Origin: Phoronis australis
Lineage: Eukaryota; Animalia; Phoronida
Assembly: GCA_002633005.1 (NCBI GenBank)
Contig: NMRA01000020.1
Span: 211,621 to 275,620 of the forward strand
Length of the DNA: 64,000 nt
Direction: 5' to 3'
This document shows positions 13,956 through 27,117 of the stretch, piece after piece. The position numbers and the translations under genes were made by a program. Position 1 is the stretch's first letter. Every line of letters starts with the position of its first letter. The notes beneath the pieces were generated by a model, which saw only the letters and a list, made by a program, of their open reading frames with translations, did not search any database and was not told where the DNA came from.

Positions 13956-16310
13956 TTAGAATCGTGGCTCTTCACCAGAACCGGAAGGCTAGGTCGGTCA
14001 AGGACGTCTGCAAAAAGTGGCTCTGATCGTGTTGTCTTTGCAGTTAGCTTGATAGAATTCACATCTGAAGAGTAAAAAGAAACAGTAAAGTAAAGCTGTA
14101 ATAGGTAAACAGTAGTAAGTCTGTAATTCAAATTGAGGAAGTCTCTCAAATTTCAAAGTTGTATTTGTATTCATTCAGTGACGTGTGAAGACAGAATGTA
14201 AGACTAACTCTGAGAACGGTAGACTATAACACCAACGAGCTTTGTGACACGTCTGTCTATTACAACGCTTTGCCAGACGAGTTGTTAAGTATCATACGGC
14301 CTAAATTCGAATAAACACCACTTAAATCATGGAACGAACAAGAGTCCTTGCCCCTCACATGTAACAGTTTTGACTCCGTCTTCACTTTTGGATCAATGGC
14401 ATTAGCCCAATGGTCATGTTTAAGTAATTGTCAAAAACAATCCCACCGAGAGCAAATTAAACGCAGCTTAAAATCACGTAGTTTACGTCAAACCATCATG
14501 CGAAATCATTAGGTGTGCAACTGGAAATTAAGACACCGCCACTTTTAGAAAGTCGGCGCCATGAACATGTTTGATAGGCTGCTTTCATGAAAATGTCATC
14601 CTTTCGCACTCGTCGCAACACGAATTAGTTTTCTTTGGTAATTATCTTGAAGCATTTACTGGTAACAAGTTGAAAACGCTAAGCTCAAGCAACTCCGGAT
14701 TAAATAAAAGTACAGAAAATCGAGCCAGAGAGTTTGAAGAACATACCTTTTGGCATACACGTTCTGCTCCCGGTCGCACATTTTGGTAAAGGCATTGGAT
14801 CTTTGCTTGGAGCAGTCTTGCTTGAGCCAGTAATTTTTGCAGTAGTCTTCTCTGATCGGCGTAGGTCCACGGGTGGGAATATCCTCGCAAGATCGGTAAG
14901 CCTTAATGTAGACCTTGGAGGCATCCTTTTCCCCCAATTTCGCAATGTCGACACATCGCGCCTTGTGGAACTCACACCTGCAAAATGTATTGTCACGATT
15001 CTGTCCTTTTGATTCCGTACTCAACAGTTTTCGATTTCAAGGTGTAAAAAATTGATAGATATGTAACTCAAGATAAAAGTCATTTTCAAATGTGACAATT
15101 CTTAGATTATGGAATACAACAACGGCACTATCTTGTTGGCGTAGATTTTTCCGCAAAGCTATTTGCGTCCTTCCTTGCAAATAACGTATTTGTTCATGTA
15201 TTCTTGTGAGCATCTGTCCAGCATTGGTGGCAACGTCTGTATGATGTCGCAGGCCAAGCGGTAGAACACGCGCAGTATTACCTTCAGCGCACATTGGGCC
15301 TTTTCTAGGAAGCAGTTTTATGAGCGGCTATTGCATGAATAAAAAACAGTTTCATGCTTTACTGTGATTTTCGGCTACACTTTCTTTCATTCGTGGTCCC
15401 TTTACTACTCCTGAAGTATCATGGGAGTTGCTATTTAACATCGAATTAAAACACACTGAAGCGTTTGTAAGCATTTTTGGTAAAACTTTGTGAAGAATGT
15501 CAAGTTCTTCACAGCTTCGTGCAACAGACACGATGTCGCTATGGTAAACCTTTTGTAACGCCTTTTAAAGAGTAACTGTGGCGTTCACGCACTTGAACCC
15601 GATGGCCGCCCACCCTATTTGAGAGAAAGCATTGAAAGTGTCTACAACATAACGTTACAAAACATACGTGCAATTTAGGCCCATGCGCCAACGCGCAACA
15701 TTTGAAGGAAATTATTGAGCATTTTTTCATCTCAAGTTGGCGAACGTTGAGGTATAGGTGAAAAGAGACTTTTTCAGTTGAAAGCCCTATTTATCGCTCC
15801 TGTGCTTTGTCTATTATTAATTGACTAGACGGGTTCTATAAGATGCATTCACGTATATGATGGGTCCCAGTTAAGGTAAAATCACCTTTCCCGTTAAAAA
15901 CCGATGTATTATCACAGCTTTGTTTAGCGAAATTGGAATGTAAGTAGGTAGTAACTTTCTTGGGGTTTTGATTGGATGAGTCAGAACTGAAAAATGTACA
16001 CTTGTTCTAAGGACAAAACGGAGATTAACGACGAGTGAGATCGCACGCTCCCAGTAAAGCTGTTGTGTGCCACTTTAAATTTGACATCCAAAATGGAGCT
16101 ACGCAGTTGGGTTCCCAGGCTACACCCTATTGATGAGAACCTAAGAGGTCTATTATTTTCATGGGCATTTAATGGAATAAAGATCTTACCCATTGTCGAA
16201 AGTGGTAGTATTTTTGCCATCGAATGCAAACACAGGCTCTTTTGGGAATTTGTTGCAGTCGATCTTGCTCAGACGAGCGCATTTGAAATTGATGGACTGT
16301 GCAGCGGCAA
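13956..16310 (-). pseudogene. Pseudogene duplicate of the three-Kazal-domain gene (exons 2-5; exon 1 deleted)
   Basis: Exon 2 (16190-16310) has acceptor CAA and PVCGSDG changed to PVFAFDG. Exon 3 has its acceptor deleted, donor GT>GA and a 9-bp deletion. Exon 4 (14747-14977) is intact. Exon 5 (13956-14064) has premature TGA and TAG. Confidence 0.88.
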
Positions 16311-16740
16311 TTGAATTAGTGGTGGTGAAAACTTTATATTTTATGTTTACGAATTTATATATTTTAGCTTCAGTTTGTTATCCTCGGGTAATGTGTACAT
16401 TTCCGTCACTGGACTCGTGTAGTTTTTTTATGGCCCTGCTGCGAAAGATATCTATGGTGTCACGAACTACGGTCAAAATGTAGTTTATCCAGCACGGACG
16501 ATCCTCGACATCGTTCGCCAGCCGAACGCCTTCAAATGGTGAAGTGACGGTGGCCTTCTTTGTCTGCTCCTCAAGGCCCGTTTCGGTTTTCATGAACGTC
16601 CGGTCTTATGGTGGCGCAGTTTTTGCCCCAAACACACAGTGCAGGCACTGTGTTTGATCTAGAGCTATTTGTATTACGTTCTGGCAGTTCGCACTCATCC
16701 CCAGCGTTGTATGTAAATCTGTTTAGAGAACCATTTAAGG

Positions 16741-16806
16741 ATAAAGAGGACCCTAAATCATATTTTAATATGATTTAGGGTCCTCTTTATGTGATTAAAA
16801 TCACAT
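16741..16806. repeat. Perfect 24-bp-arm palindrome plus an adjacent 8-bp-arm palindrome at a TE junction
   Basis: ATAAAGAGGACCCTAAATCATATT-TT-AATATGATTTAGGGTCCTCTTTAT, overlapping ATGTGATT-AA-AATCACAT. Confidence 0.95.
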
Positions 16807-18785
16807 AGTGGCCGACAGGAGGCGCGTTCCAAAACGAGGCTCGCTACGATAGCTCTGGTGGCTTACGCGTAGTTGCACTCGGCGTTGCTCGAACAGCTAG
16901 AAAAAATACGGACACTCTGTTTTACAATCCCTAAGGACGTTGGGATTCGGAAGCGTTGGGTCCTTGCCATACGCCGCGACGAAGGAAAATATATCCGTGT
17001 AAAATTTATAACTGTTTTCGAATCATAATTTGTCGCATCTCGGACTGGATGCCGCCATAGCAACGAGGACCGGAAAATCTTCGGCCAGCAAGGCTATGTT
17101 TTCATGACTATGGGTTGAAGCGCGATGCATTTTTCTTTACAAAAAGGACAGGGCCCTCAATCCCTCAATTTTGGGGCCAATTATCGGCCCTATTCCCCTC
17201 TCAAAAATATTGAAAAATCACGCGAAATTCCCTGCCACGAGGCCTAAAAATCCCCTTTGTGATTGAAAATTTCTCTCCAAGGGTTCAAATCACATGTGGT
17301 ACAAAATTTAGGGGGGCAGGGGCCCGGCCCCCTCCCCCCTTGACTGCCGCAAGCAAAATAAACAAACAAAACGTGAAGCGGGAGGCCGAAACTTGTACTG
17401 AGTTCGAGCTAGGACCGGTAGCGGACAAGGGGGAAAACACGTTCAGTTTTATTTTTTTTACTCCAACGACAGATTTCCTGAGCAGAAGGTATACATCCTC
17501 GGCGCCCGCAACTTCCGCGCCGCCTGCGTGCATACAATCGCGCTTTGCCCGCTTCTCCGAGGATGTCGCCCCCCCCCCGGCCCTCACTAGAGGCCTGTAT
17601 GGTATCCTAGATCAGCCACTGAAAATGCTACTTGAGACAGAGCTATGAGAGCTTGCAAAAGGGCTGGGTGCTATTGATGGTGATCGGGAGGTCAGTAGAG
17701 TTTTCACTGACCCGTCACTTGGCGAAACGTTCCCCTCTCAGAAGGCCGCACACACATGAGGCACCTTTCCCCTCGGATATCATGAACGAGGCCTCTGAAG
17801 AAACATGATAACTATGCTTGTTCCAGGGGGGATCCAGTACTTTGAGTTAGGGGGGGGGGGCAAAGCAGAGTATTAGCCAGGGTTTTGCCCGTCAGAAATT
17901 CGCGCTCCTGAACTGCCAAATGGAATCTGGGAGAATTTTAGGGGGGGGGGGCTGGGCATAGCCCCTTGGCTCCCCTCTAAATCCGCCACTGTGTTCTGTC
18001 CAGTTAACTGAAATTGAGCTCTAAAACGAGGTTATGGTTTGGACCAAAGAATTAGGTGTTCTAATTTTAAAATTCAACTTGGTCGAGATTGATATTTGAA
18101 AAATATAACACATGAAATAGACGTAATTATTAAAACCAAGAAAGCAGAATTGATGGTCATATAATTTTTATTTTAAATTGCAAGCCTAGTTTTTTATCGT
18201 AATCAAAATATATATTTAATAACATCAAGTATTATTTCAGATCAATGACAAATCAACTGCTTACCTCACCAGGACCTAGGCTATGCTTGAAGATAATAGG
18301 CCTACTCTTGATCAACAAATTAAACCAGATGAGACTAATTGCACATGACAGCAAAATGCCATGAGCCACCACTGTCGAATATATCTTCAACTCGTCAACA
18401 ATACGACCAGATGACCTGGTTCGTGTAGAAAGCATTTTTATCAAGAATTTATTAGAAGAAACGTAACCCTGCATTCAGCATGATACTTAATCCGTAACAC
18501 TACGATCGCCGCAATTTGGTCATGTTTACTTTTCATGTTTCGAACCTAGTTTTCCGGAAAAAACTTATATCCTTTCGTCAGACAACTCTTTGGTGCATTG
18601 ACTTGTTCTTTAACTGTATTTTTCTACGTCTCTGTGGTTAATTATTGACACATTTTTTAACATTTAATATTCAGGTTGGACTCCAAAGACCGGCCATTTA
18701 ACTCACGCAATGTAAATTTCCGCTTTGTTTATCGTAGTGAGCCTCGCTTTGGATTTTAATGTCCGCCGCGTAAATAGAGTCTATG
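16805..18785. mobile_element. Internally deleted THAP-bearing DNA transposon (ISL2EU-like), with nested MITEs
   Basis: Absent from the duplicate copy (~33700-33730). Subterminal IRs CCAAAACGAGGCTCGCTACGATA (~16829) and TATCGTAGTGAGCCTCGCTTTGG (~18730). THAP remnant IPKDVGIRKRWVLAIRRDEGKY on +, and a convergent ORF start on - (..APKSCLTKGYKFF..). Confidence 0.65.
17824..17991 (-). mobile_element. MITE with CAG..GGAT / ATCCGCCACTG termini and 5-bp TSD
   Basis: TGTTC at 17819-17823 and 17992-17996. Homologous to the 7061-7819 element. Confidence 0.8.
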
Positions 18786-19029
18786 GATACATCAGCCTTT
18801 TCATTGCCTTCCTTCAACAAACTGTGCAATTTTCTTTAACCGCCTTGTCCGCCTCGTGTTCTCCTGCATGGCACTGTTCGTCAGTGGTGGACTGTTGATA
18901 TTTTTACGGCCTTTCTTTTTTCATCACTCTGAAAAAAATCAACGGAATTACTACTGAAAGGCTCCTACGACTGACATGCCTACTGTCAGGAAGACTGCTA
19001 GTGCTCATATTTGTCACGTGAAAGTGACA

Positions 19030-19460
19030 ATGTGCACTGTGCAGAATGGATTGTACGACATTGAAATCCACTAAAAACAGCAGTCAGTAGAACACGAGTG
19101 ACAATGTGCACTTTGCAGAATGGATTGTACGACATTGAATTCCACTAAAAATAGCGGTCAGTAGAACACGAGTGATGCACTGTGCTGAGTGGATTGTACG
19201 ACAATGAAGTCCACTAAAAACAGCAGTCAATAGAACAAGAGTGATGCACAGTGCAGAATGGGTTGTACGACATTGAATCCCACTAAAAATAGCGGTCAGT
19301 AGAACACGAGTGATGCACTGTGCAGAATGGGTTGTATAACATTGAATCCCACTAAATACAGCGGTCAGTAGAACACGAGTGATGCACTGTGCAGAATGGG
19401 TTGTACAACATTGACTCCCACTAAAAACAACAGTCAGTAGAACACGAGTGATGCACTTTC
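19030..19460. repeat. 69-bp tandem minisatellite (~6 units)
   Basis: Unit CACTAAAAACAGCAGTCAGTAGAACACGAGTGATGCACTGTGCAGAATGG... Paralogous to the array at 33995-34208. Confidence 0.9.
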
Positions 19461-20489
19461 CTCTGTCACCACTGTTGCAGAGTTCCAACTCAAAAATGTG
19501 ACAGAGGGAGATTTATCCCTTTAAAATCCCAAAGGCGCAAACGCCAGCGCCGTATCGGCGAGGGGCTCCAGGGGCATGCCCCAGCGGAAAAGTTTTTGGA
19601 ATAATATGCTATGAGATTCATTTTAAGCCTTTCTGAGAGGTGTCTAATTATATTTTTTATAAAAGAGGAGTTTTTACCAGGTGAGCGGGAGGTCGGGAGA
19701 ATTTCATAAGTTCATTCTAAAGCGGGTCGGAGATCTCCCGCAGATTGCGGGAGAGTTGGAGCCTCTGCTACCCCATGACTGTCACCCGCAATTTTGCTAT
19801 TCTGTCTCGTCCGTAGTCTACTTTTCCGAAAAAGCCGTGTAAACCGAAATTTGTGACCAAGACTTTCATTGGCAACAAGGCTAAAGAAAGATGTGTGTAA
19901 GCGTAGCGTTTCCTCGACAGCAGTACAAAACGGCAAATAGCGTAACAAAAAACGTGAAGACCATAACGTTTGGCATGTATGGAATGCAGTGTTTCCTTGC
20001 CCAGAGGTTGGAGACATTGTGACGTACGCACCGCTTACAATACACTCAAAAGTGGCCCTGCATTAACATTTTTAGGCTTGAGGAGGAAATGCGAACCGTT
20101 GATTCGAATAGGAATAGGTCAGTTAAAATAAGACGTACGAATATGGAGGGCGAATCTTCATAAAGAGGCCCCAAGCTTTAGTTAAAAGGATACCAAACCC
20201 AGTTTTGGCTTATTAACAGATAATGAAAACTGCTTTCCCGTCAGTTCTCTGAAAGAAAATAATGCTCTATGACCCTCGACAAACCTCAAACGTTTGGAGG
20301 GAAAATTGAAAAGTGTTTACCTACGCTTTAAGGGAGTTACATATACACAGCAAATGTAGGTAAAGACCACCCACCAAGATCCATAGGGCGAAGGGTTTGA
20401 CACAACTGTTTACCAAACAAAATTGGTCCTTTCACGTCAGTTACTAAGAAGTCAAACTGATGCCAATCTCTGTTGCCTCATTTGCATTA

Positions 20490-22138
20490 GAATGAGATTT
20501 TTCCTAGCTGGGGATCGAACTGCCACCGTAAGCGAACATTCGGATGTTGGATGGCTCCTTTCTTGTGGGCTTACCATCGGCGATTTCTTCTGGGAACATG
20601 CGGATGTAGCTATCAAGGGGCATGACATTGCTACTGGCTCCGTTGTCAAGTTTTCCCCGCAGGCCAACGTTGCTTAATGTTGGATGAATAATTCTGATGG
20701 CTGCAAAATCTTCGTCGCCCGAGGGTGTATTGATGGCATCAAAAGTAAGTGCTCAAAACTCAGCTCTTCAAAATCGTCGCGTGCATGTGCTTTCCTTGCT
20801 TTTTACTGTTGTGGTGTCGCTGTGGGGGCGTTGTTGCAGTTGTTGCTGTTTTTGTTGTCGATGTCTTTGTTGTTGTTGCTGGGGATGCTTCTGACTGTAC
20901 TGCTTGTTTTGCACGTTTTTTTAGTCTGCACACTGCACTCCAGTGCCCTGGTTTCTTGCAGTAATTGCATTCTTGACCTTCGGCTGGCATATCTCAGCGG
21001 GCGCATGACTGGGATACCCACACTTATCGCACGTTGCTGAATAATGCGGTTTATCAGCTGGTCGCCCACTAGGCTCCCGACGCACTGCATGAACCTCTTC
21101 TTGTCGACCCATCTGCAACATCTGTGCCTGAGTTGTTCCATACGTTCTCGCAATGTCGAGTGCCTTCTCAAGGGTCACGCTCAAGAATCTGCTTCTACAC
21201 CTGTTTATGGTAGGCATCTTGGATGATCTGGTCGAGTATTGAGTCGTCAATTGCTTCGCGGTCGCGGAAATTGCATTTTTCTGCTTGCATGCGCAATCGG
21301 GCAACGTAATCGTCAATGGGCTCTGACCCCCGTTGTCTCATCTCCCGCAGTTGGAAACGACAAAGACGGAAACTGGATTTTGTTTCAAAATGCTTCTCAA
21401 ATTTGGATCAAACGTCTGCTGGATTTTGCTTTTGGTCTGCAGTGAGGTCAGTCCAGCTGTCAAAAAGTTGAAGAGCTTCAGGTCCCATCCATAATAGGAT
21501 GTAGTTAACTTTAGTAGCTGCCGGTTGGTTAGCATACATTGGCGTACTTAAAATAACCTCACAGTAGCGTTCGAAGTTCTTGAACTCTTGGGGTAAATTT
21601 CCATCAGTCCAGTTGAACTTAGGAGGCTGAATGCCAATCAGGTCATTGCCCATCATTTGCTGGGAAGCTGGGGCTTGTGCACTTTCTGCCATGTCTCACT
21701 AGTTTATGTATAAAATTGGAAAGGACTCACCAGCTGGGACTCGCTTGTTTGAAGGCCAGATGAGTAAACACCACAGAACACTGCGCTGCATGATCAAGTC
21801 ACAGCTGCCACTGGCACTGTTGGTTGCTGGTTGCACAATAAATGTGTTGAATTCTCCACTGGAGGTAAATGTCCTTTAAACTGCCATCTCTCTGGGTTCT
21901 GTGATGTGTTTCACACACGCTGCCACCATGTTATATTATGGATGGTTGTAGTAGACATTAGATAGACATAGATTAACCAGGAACAGTATCCATGTGGTTT
22001 ATTCCAATATAGCTCAGACCGGAAGAAGAGAGAGAAGGAGCTCTCTAGTACAGGAAACATGGTTTAAATATACAGGATGTAACATTATAGTCCATAGACA
22101 CTGGTAGAGTCCACAGTGGATAGTGCAATATTATGACA
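20490..22138 (-). mobile_element. Ty3/Gypsy LTR retrotransposon 5' fragment (LTR, PBS, gag, protease), 3'-truncated
   Basis: Gag from 21692 (PPKFNWTDGNL..YILLWMG), with two CCHC knuckles (CDKCGYPSHAPAEIC, CNYCKKPGHWSAVC) and protease KLDNGASSNVMP. PBS TGGTGGCAGCG at 21918-21928 resembles the tRNA-Leu 3' complement. Stops and frameshifts are present; no RT or integrase follows. Confidence 0.85.
21929..22138 (-). repeat. Putative 5' LTR
   Basis: Termini TGTCATAATAT...ATAATATAACA, an internal AATAAA, and the PBS directly adjacent. The outer boundary could alternatively be 22084. Confidence 0.65.
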
Positions 22139-25100
22139 TCTATGATGTCAAATCATCAGGCAATGAGTAGAATGAAAATATACAGAGCGAAATAAACAGT
22201 GAAATACACGTGACAGCATACAAGCAGAGAGTGTTAATGCAACACACGGTAGAAAGCCCGCAACTCTATCGAAACAGAGCCAGCGTGCGATACACACCTG
22301 TGACCTCATTCTCGTGAACAGCGTTACATTGGATCGACACGCGGTGTATTCTCTATCGTGACGGATGTCCATGCACTTGCAGAGAGGATCCATTCAAGAT
22401 CACTTTGTACACCAACATGGCCGAAAAATAATAGGCGGGAAATAGTAGACAATAGCATCATTCGCTATGTTGAAAATGACATATTCCATCAAGTAACGTA
22501 ATAATTTTCGGTTTTTGATATGGCAATTACAGTGGATATGATAGGTACTACGACTAAGTAGTGTACTCCTTGGTACGACTTTATAGAGAAGCTGAAATAG
22601 CTTCTTAACTTTTCGACCCATAAACGGAATTCCAGTGTTTAAAAACACAATTCATTACCATAGCGACAACGTTAAATAAAATTTTACAGAAAGCACAGTT
22701 TGCTATGAACAACAACACTTAATGAATAAATGGAAAGTGGCAATACTTTAACTTTTCAAAATCAACTATTCACATAATTTTCGTTACATCGAGTCTTGAT
22801 TTTTACAACTTTTTAAGGAAAGATGCAGGGAAATTGGTCTGCAGAAATGAGAGGTTAATTTGAGTAAATGCAAAGTGTCACTGTTGATTGTAATGATTGT
22901 TTACTTCAATGCAGAGAAAGGCCATCGGAAAAAAGTGGGGGGGGGGGGGGGNGGGGTGTACTGGTTGTGGTATGGGATGAGCATCTCTGGTAAAAGTCAG
23001 CGAAACCTAGATAATCCTAGAATTGAAATCTGTCTCTGTATTACGTTATCCCACTATTTCATTCGGGAAAGTTTATGCTGGTAGGATTTGCATGTAAGTG
23101 AACCAGAAAGCGAGCAATATTCACCCCAAAATGTCCATCGATCGAATTCATCGGCACACCAAAGACTTGATGGTGCCGTCACCGATTGAAATGAGGTAGT
23201 CACTATTCATGGGCTTGGCTGAACATGTTGGATGACAGAATACCCATCTTTCACGCAGCGGCCATTTTGAAGTCAGAACGAGGTAAAAGCTACAAACTAA
23301 CAATGCAGCGGCGGGATGCTGGAGTAGAAAATTGAGCGCCTGCCTCAGGATATCGTAGACAAGTGGGCCCACGGGGAAGTAATTATGTTCTAAAGCCCCC
23401 TCAACCCCCACACCCCACGACCCCCTACCCCACAACCCCCTCGACTCACGATCCCTACGACCCACAACTCCCTTGACCCACGACCTGCAGCAATAGAGGA
23501 ATCTTTTTCCGCTTTTCACACCGATTTCATTATCTTATTACGTCGCTGAGTGACTTCCCCATAAAACTTAACTACGCGAATCTGCTCTGGCTCAAGACTG
23601 GTGGTCAAAAATAGAACATGATCTGTAATGGCGGATTGTGACTTATCGTTCTCACGGAAGTAGTTCCTCAAGCAGCTACCAATGACCATGTTCTACAAAC
23701 TTAGGGCGTAAGTACTTTAACGTGTATAAACATAATTTCACATTTTTGTTATTTGCTTGCTGTCGTATACTCATTTACAATATACTCCATGTAAGTTTGA
23801 TATACCATTTTAGTTAACAGTTTATTTTTTCAAATAGTATTTAATGAAAGAATATAAATTCGTTGGTTCCTCGCACTCTCCCAAAAATATCTTGGGTCGT
23901 GGGTTAAGGGGATTTTAGAACAATCCGAAGTAAATATTCTCAAGGCGAAGCAGCAGAAAGGTTATAGCAACTTGATTGAGGGATACATACACGATATTGA
24001 AAGTAAAATATTACATTTTAATCCTTGGCACATCTCCGTACCACCGTACCGGTTAATGACTAATTTATACAGAACCCCGTTGAATCTAGTGAAAAAAGCT
24101 ACGATAGCCGATCTTTTATAAGTTGGAGCTTCCCTGGTGAAGAAGTCTCTTCCCCATGAACAATACAGCCACTTTCAGATATCTTTGACAACAAATTTGA
24201 TGACATTTACTATGGCGCAGTCCTTTGACTAGCTGTGTAGTGTTAACTAGGGACACGGCGGTCGAACCAATTTTTTTTTCGTTTTGAAAAAATACTACCC
24301 CTAGATTTTAATATTTTGGGAGGGCCAATTGGCCGCGGTCGCTGCCTAACTGTTCAATGCCGCCTAAGCACCGACCTGTGATCCTGGATGGATGCCTGGA
24401 GTATTTTGGTCACTGATATCTTTTCAGCTCCAGTTGTAGAACCACTTTCGACAACCTATCATACTAAATGCCAGGAGTTTTTCAACAAGACATTTTTTGG
24501 GTGTTAAAATCATGTTACAGTATTGTATGGGAAGAAGTTACATTTGGCCTAAATGAAACGTTTAGCCCATAAAACAGGTGTGTTTACGTAACTTTCAAAA
24601 AGTTAATCATAATTGCTTAGCTAAGTATTTTTGTGCATGCGTGCGCGTGCGTGTATATTTGTGTGTGCGTGTGTGTTTCCATAGATATAAAAACATATGT
24701 ATATCTATGCCACAAACAAAAAGAATGTTTGAAAAGCGAAAGGATTTTTACATAGAAAAATTTCATCTCGCAAGCGCAACAATATAAATGCTTGTTGTGA
24801 AAATATAAATTGCATAAAACAAACAAACAAACAAACAAACAACGAAATGATAATTTAGAAATGGAACAACGTTTTTGAGTTTCCATGTTGAACATTTGTT
24901 ATCAAAATGAACTTTGGTTTCATTAATAAGGTCGTTTTTTGGTTTGAATACATATTTCTTTTTGTTAAATGTTACTGAAATGACAGTTTGATAAAAAGTT
25001 AAATTCAGTCAACAGCCTTTCTGCAATCATAAGATACGCCGATCCGTTTTCTAAATATTTGGCTAAATGAAGAGACTAGTCGATAAGGAACGACATAACA

Positions 25101-25849
25101 CTAAAAGACCATTTTCGGCTTCCAAATTTGTACGATCAGTATAAAACAAAGCAGTATCATCAATCGGCATAAATCACCATTTTGCGGTTGTCGACAACAT
25201 TAATCACATTATTCAATGTAAATGCTGATAACAGAAGGCCTAGAATAGTCGACGGTCAAGATTTCTGAATTGTGGCCGTTAACATGTGAACGCTGAGTTC
25301 TGTCTGAGAAGTATAGCCTGATGCTAAAGCAATTCAACTTATTCAGAGGACAACCACGATGGACCGTGTCAAAGGCTTCTTTAAGGTCTAAAAACACGCC
25401 CTCCAAGCCACACAATTAGTAATGTGTAACGTCAATCAAATTTGTGACTGTGGATAGTCCAGGAACCGGGATCTAATCTAAAACATGACCAAGTACAGTA
25501 GATATTGAATTGTTGCAGTATGAGCTGGAATCTCAAACCATCGAAAATTCGTTTAGGTTTGGACCATATTTGAATTGGCAATTATAGAGTTGGCCATGCC
25601 CCAATAAAATTTGAAGTTTTTTTTGAGTAGCTGATGGTTACTATATTCTTGTTGGTAACGGCCATAAATACTCAATCTTATGAGAGTAAAGTTTAATTCT
25701 GTTTTCATTTTAGGCAGTCAAACAGGGTGAGATGATATTTCAAGTAATACGGCTTTTAGGCGGGCTTTAAAATTGCTTGCATTTGTTCGATGTTGTCTTT
25801 CTTTTTTCACAAAATGTACACAATTGATTGAAGAACATAGGTGTTTGTT

Positions 25850-25855
25850 TTATTA
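25850..25855 (-). terminator. Candidate polyadenylation signal AATAAA of the Kazal gene
   Basis: TTTATT on +, about 22 nt after the TAA stop. Confidence 0.5.
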
Positions 25856-25876
25856 ACAAAGTTTCAAAGTGACATT

Positions 25877-25985
25877 TTAGAATTGCGGCTCTTCACCGGA
25901 ACCGGAAGGCTTGGTCGGTCGGGGACGTCTGCAAAATGTTGCTCTGATCGTGTTGTCTTTGCAGTAAGCTTGGTAGAATTCGCAT
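25877..25985 (-). CDS. Secreted three-Kazal-domain protein, exon 5 (last)
   Basis: Acceptor TTTAATCTTCAG. Encodes (R)CEFYQAYCKDNTIRATFCRRPRPTKPSGSGEEPQF*. Phase 2 matches exon 4. Confidence 0.9.
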
Positions 25986-26536
25986 CTGAAGATTAAAAAC
26001 AAAGGGTAAAATAAAGCTAGGTAAACAGTAGTGCTTCTGTGATTCAAATTGCGCAAGTCTATTGTACTGATTTTATTTATTTTATATTTGTATTCATTCA
26101 GTGACGTGTGACGACGAAATGTCAGTCTAACTGAGAACGGTACATTTTTACACCAAAAAGCTTTGTGACAAGTTTCTCGATTACAACTTTTCGCCAGACG
26201 AGTTGTTTATTTCCATACTGCCAAAATTCTAATAAATGCGACTTAAATTATGGAATGAACAGGAGTCCTTGACAGTCGCTAATTGGATTTTCTCAATTCT
26301 CACATGCAACATTTGTCGACTCCATCTCGACTTGTGGATCAGTGGCATTAGCCTAAAGGGCTATGTTTAAACACAATCACTGTCATCCTTTCGCACGTAG
26401 TCGTAGGAACACGAACTAGTTCTCTTTGGTAATTATCTTGAAGCATTTAGTGGTAACAAGTTGAAAAGGTTAAGATCAAGCAACTCGGTACAAAATGAAA
26501 GTCCAGAAAACCGAGTCAGAAAGTTTGAGAACGTAC

Positions 26537-26767
26537 CTGTTGGCATAAACGTTCTGTTCGCGGTCGCACATTTTGGTAAAGGCATTGGATCTTTGCTTGG
26601 AGCAGTCTTGCTTGAGCCAGTAAGTTTTGCAGTAGTCTGCTCTGGTCGGCCTAGGTCCACGGGTGGGGAGATCCTCGCAAGATCTGTAAGCCTTAATGTA
26701 GACCTTGGGGGCATCCTTTTTCCCCAATTTCGCAATGTCGGCGCATCGTGCCTTGTGGAACTCACAC
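26537..26767 (-). CDS. Secreted three-Kazal-domain protein, exon 4
   Basis: TTTTTGCAG acceptor and GTACGT donor. Encodes CEFHKARC...YRSC...DYCKTYWLKQDCSKQRSNAFTKMCDREQNVYAN; 231 nt, phase 2-2. Confidence 0.9.
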
Positions 26768-26928
26768 CTGCAAAAAGTGAAATATCACGATTCCGTCCAT
26801 TTGTTTCCGTACTCGACATTTTTCGATTTAAAAATGTAAAAAAATAAATGATAGATACGTAATTCAAGGTTTAATTTATTTTCAAATGTGATATTTTTTA
26901 GATCATGGAATACAACAACGGCACTAAC

Positions 26929-27117
26929 TTGTTAGCGTAGGTTTTTCCGTCAGAGCCGCAAATAGCTTTGCTGCCTTCCTTGCAAACAACGTATTTGTTC
27001 ATGTATTCTTGTGAGCATCTGTCCAGCATTGGTGGCATCGTCGGTTTGTTTTCGCAGTCCCCGCGGAAGACGCGCAATGTTTTCTTCAGCTCACATTCGG
27101 CCTTTTCCAGGAAGCAT
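26929..27117 (-). CDS. Secreted three-Kazal-domain protein, exon 3
   Basis: CTTTCAG acceptor and GTTAGT donor. Encodes CFLEKAEC...RGDC...DRC...VVCKEGSKAICGSDGKTYAN; 189 nt, phase 2-2. Confidence 0.92.

Larger units (their letters stand above)
9060..19530. repeat. Tandem segmental duplication, copy 1 (decayed, with a deletion and two TE insertions)
   Basis: Colinear, diverged similarity: ~9060-9817 plus 13671-16345 match ~24730-28180, and ~16345-16765 plus 18780-19530 match ~33295-34280. Confidence 0.9.

Noticed and set aside
19030-19460. Possible CRISPR-like array
   Set aside because: The whole 69-bp unit repeats with no unique spacers, there are no cas genes, and the context is eukaryotic.
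19850-20040. Possible further THAP remnant, or 3' LTR of the Gypsy element
   Set aside because: No similarity to the 5' LTR was seen, and the THAP-like pattern is too degraded to support.
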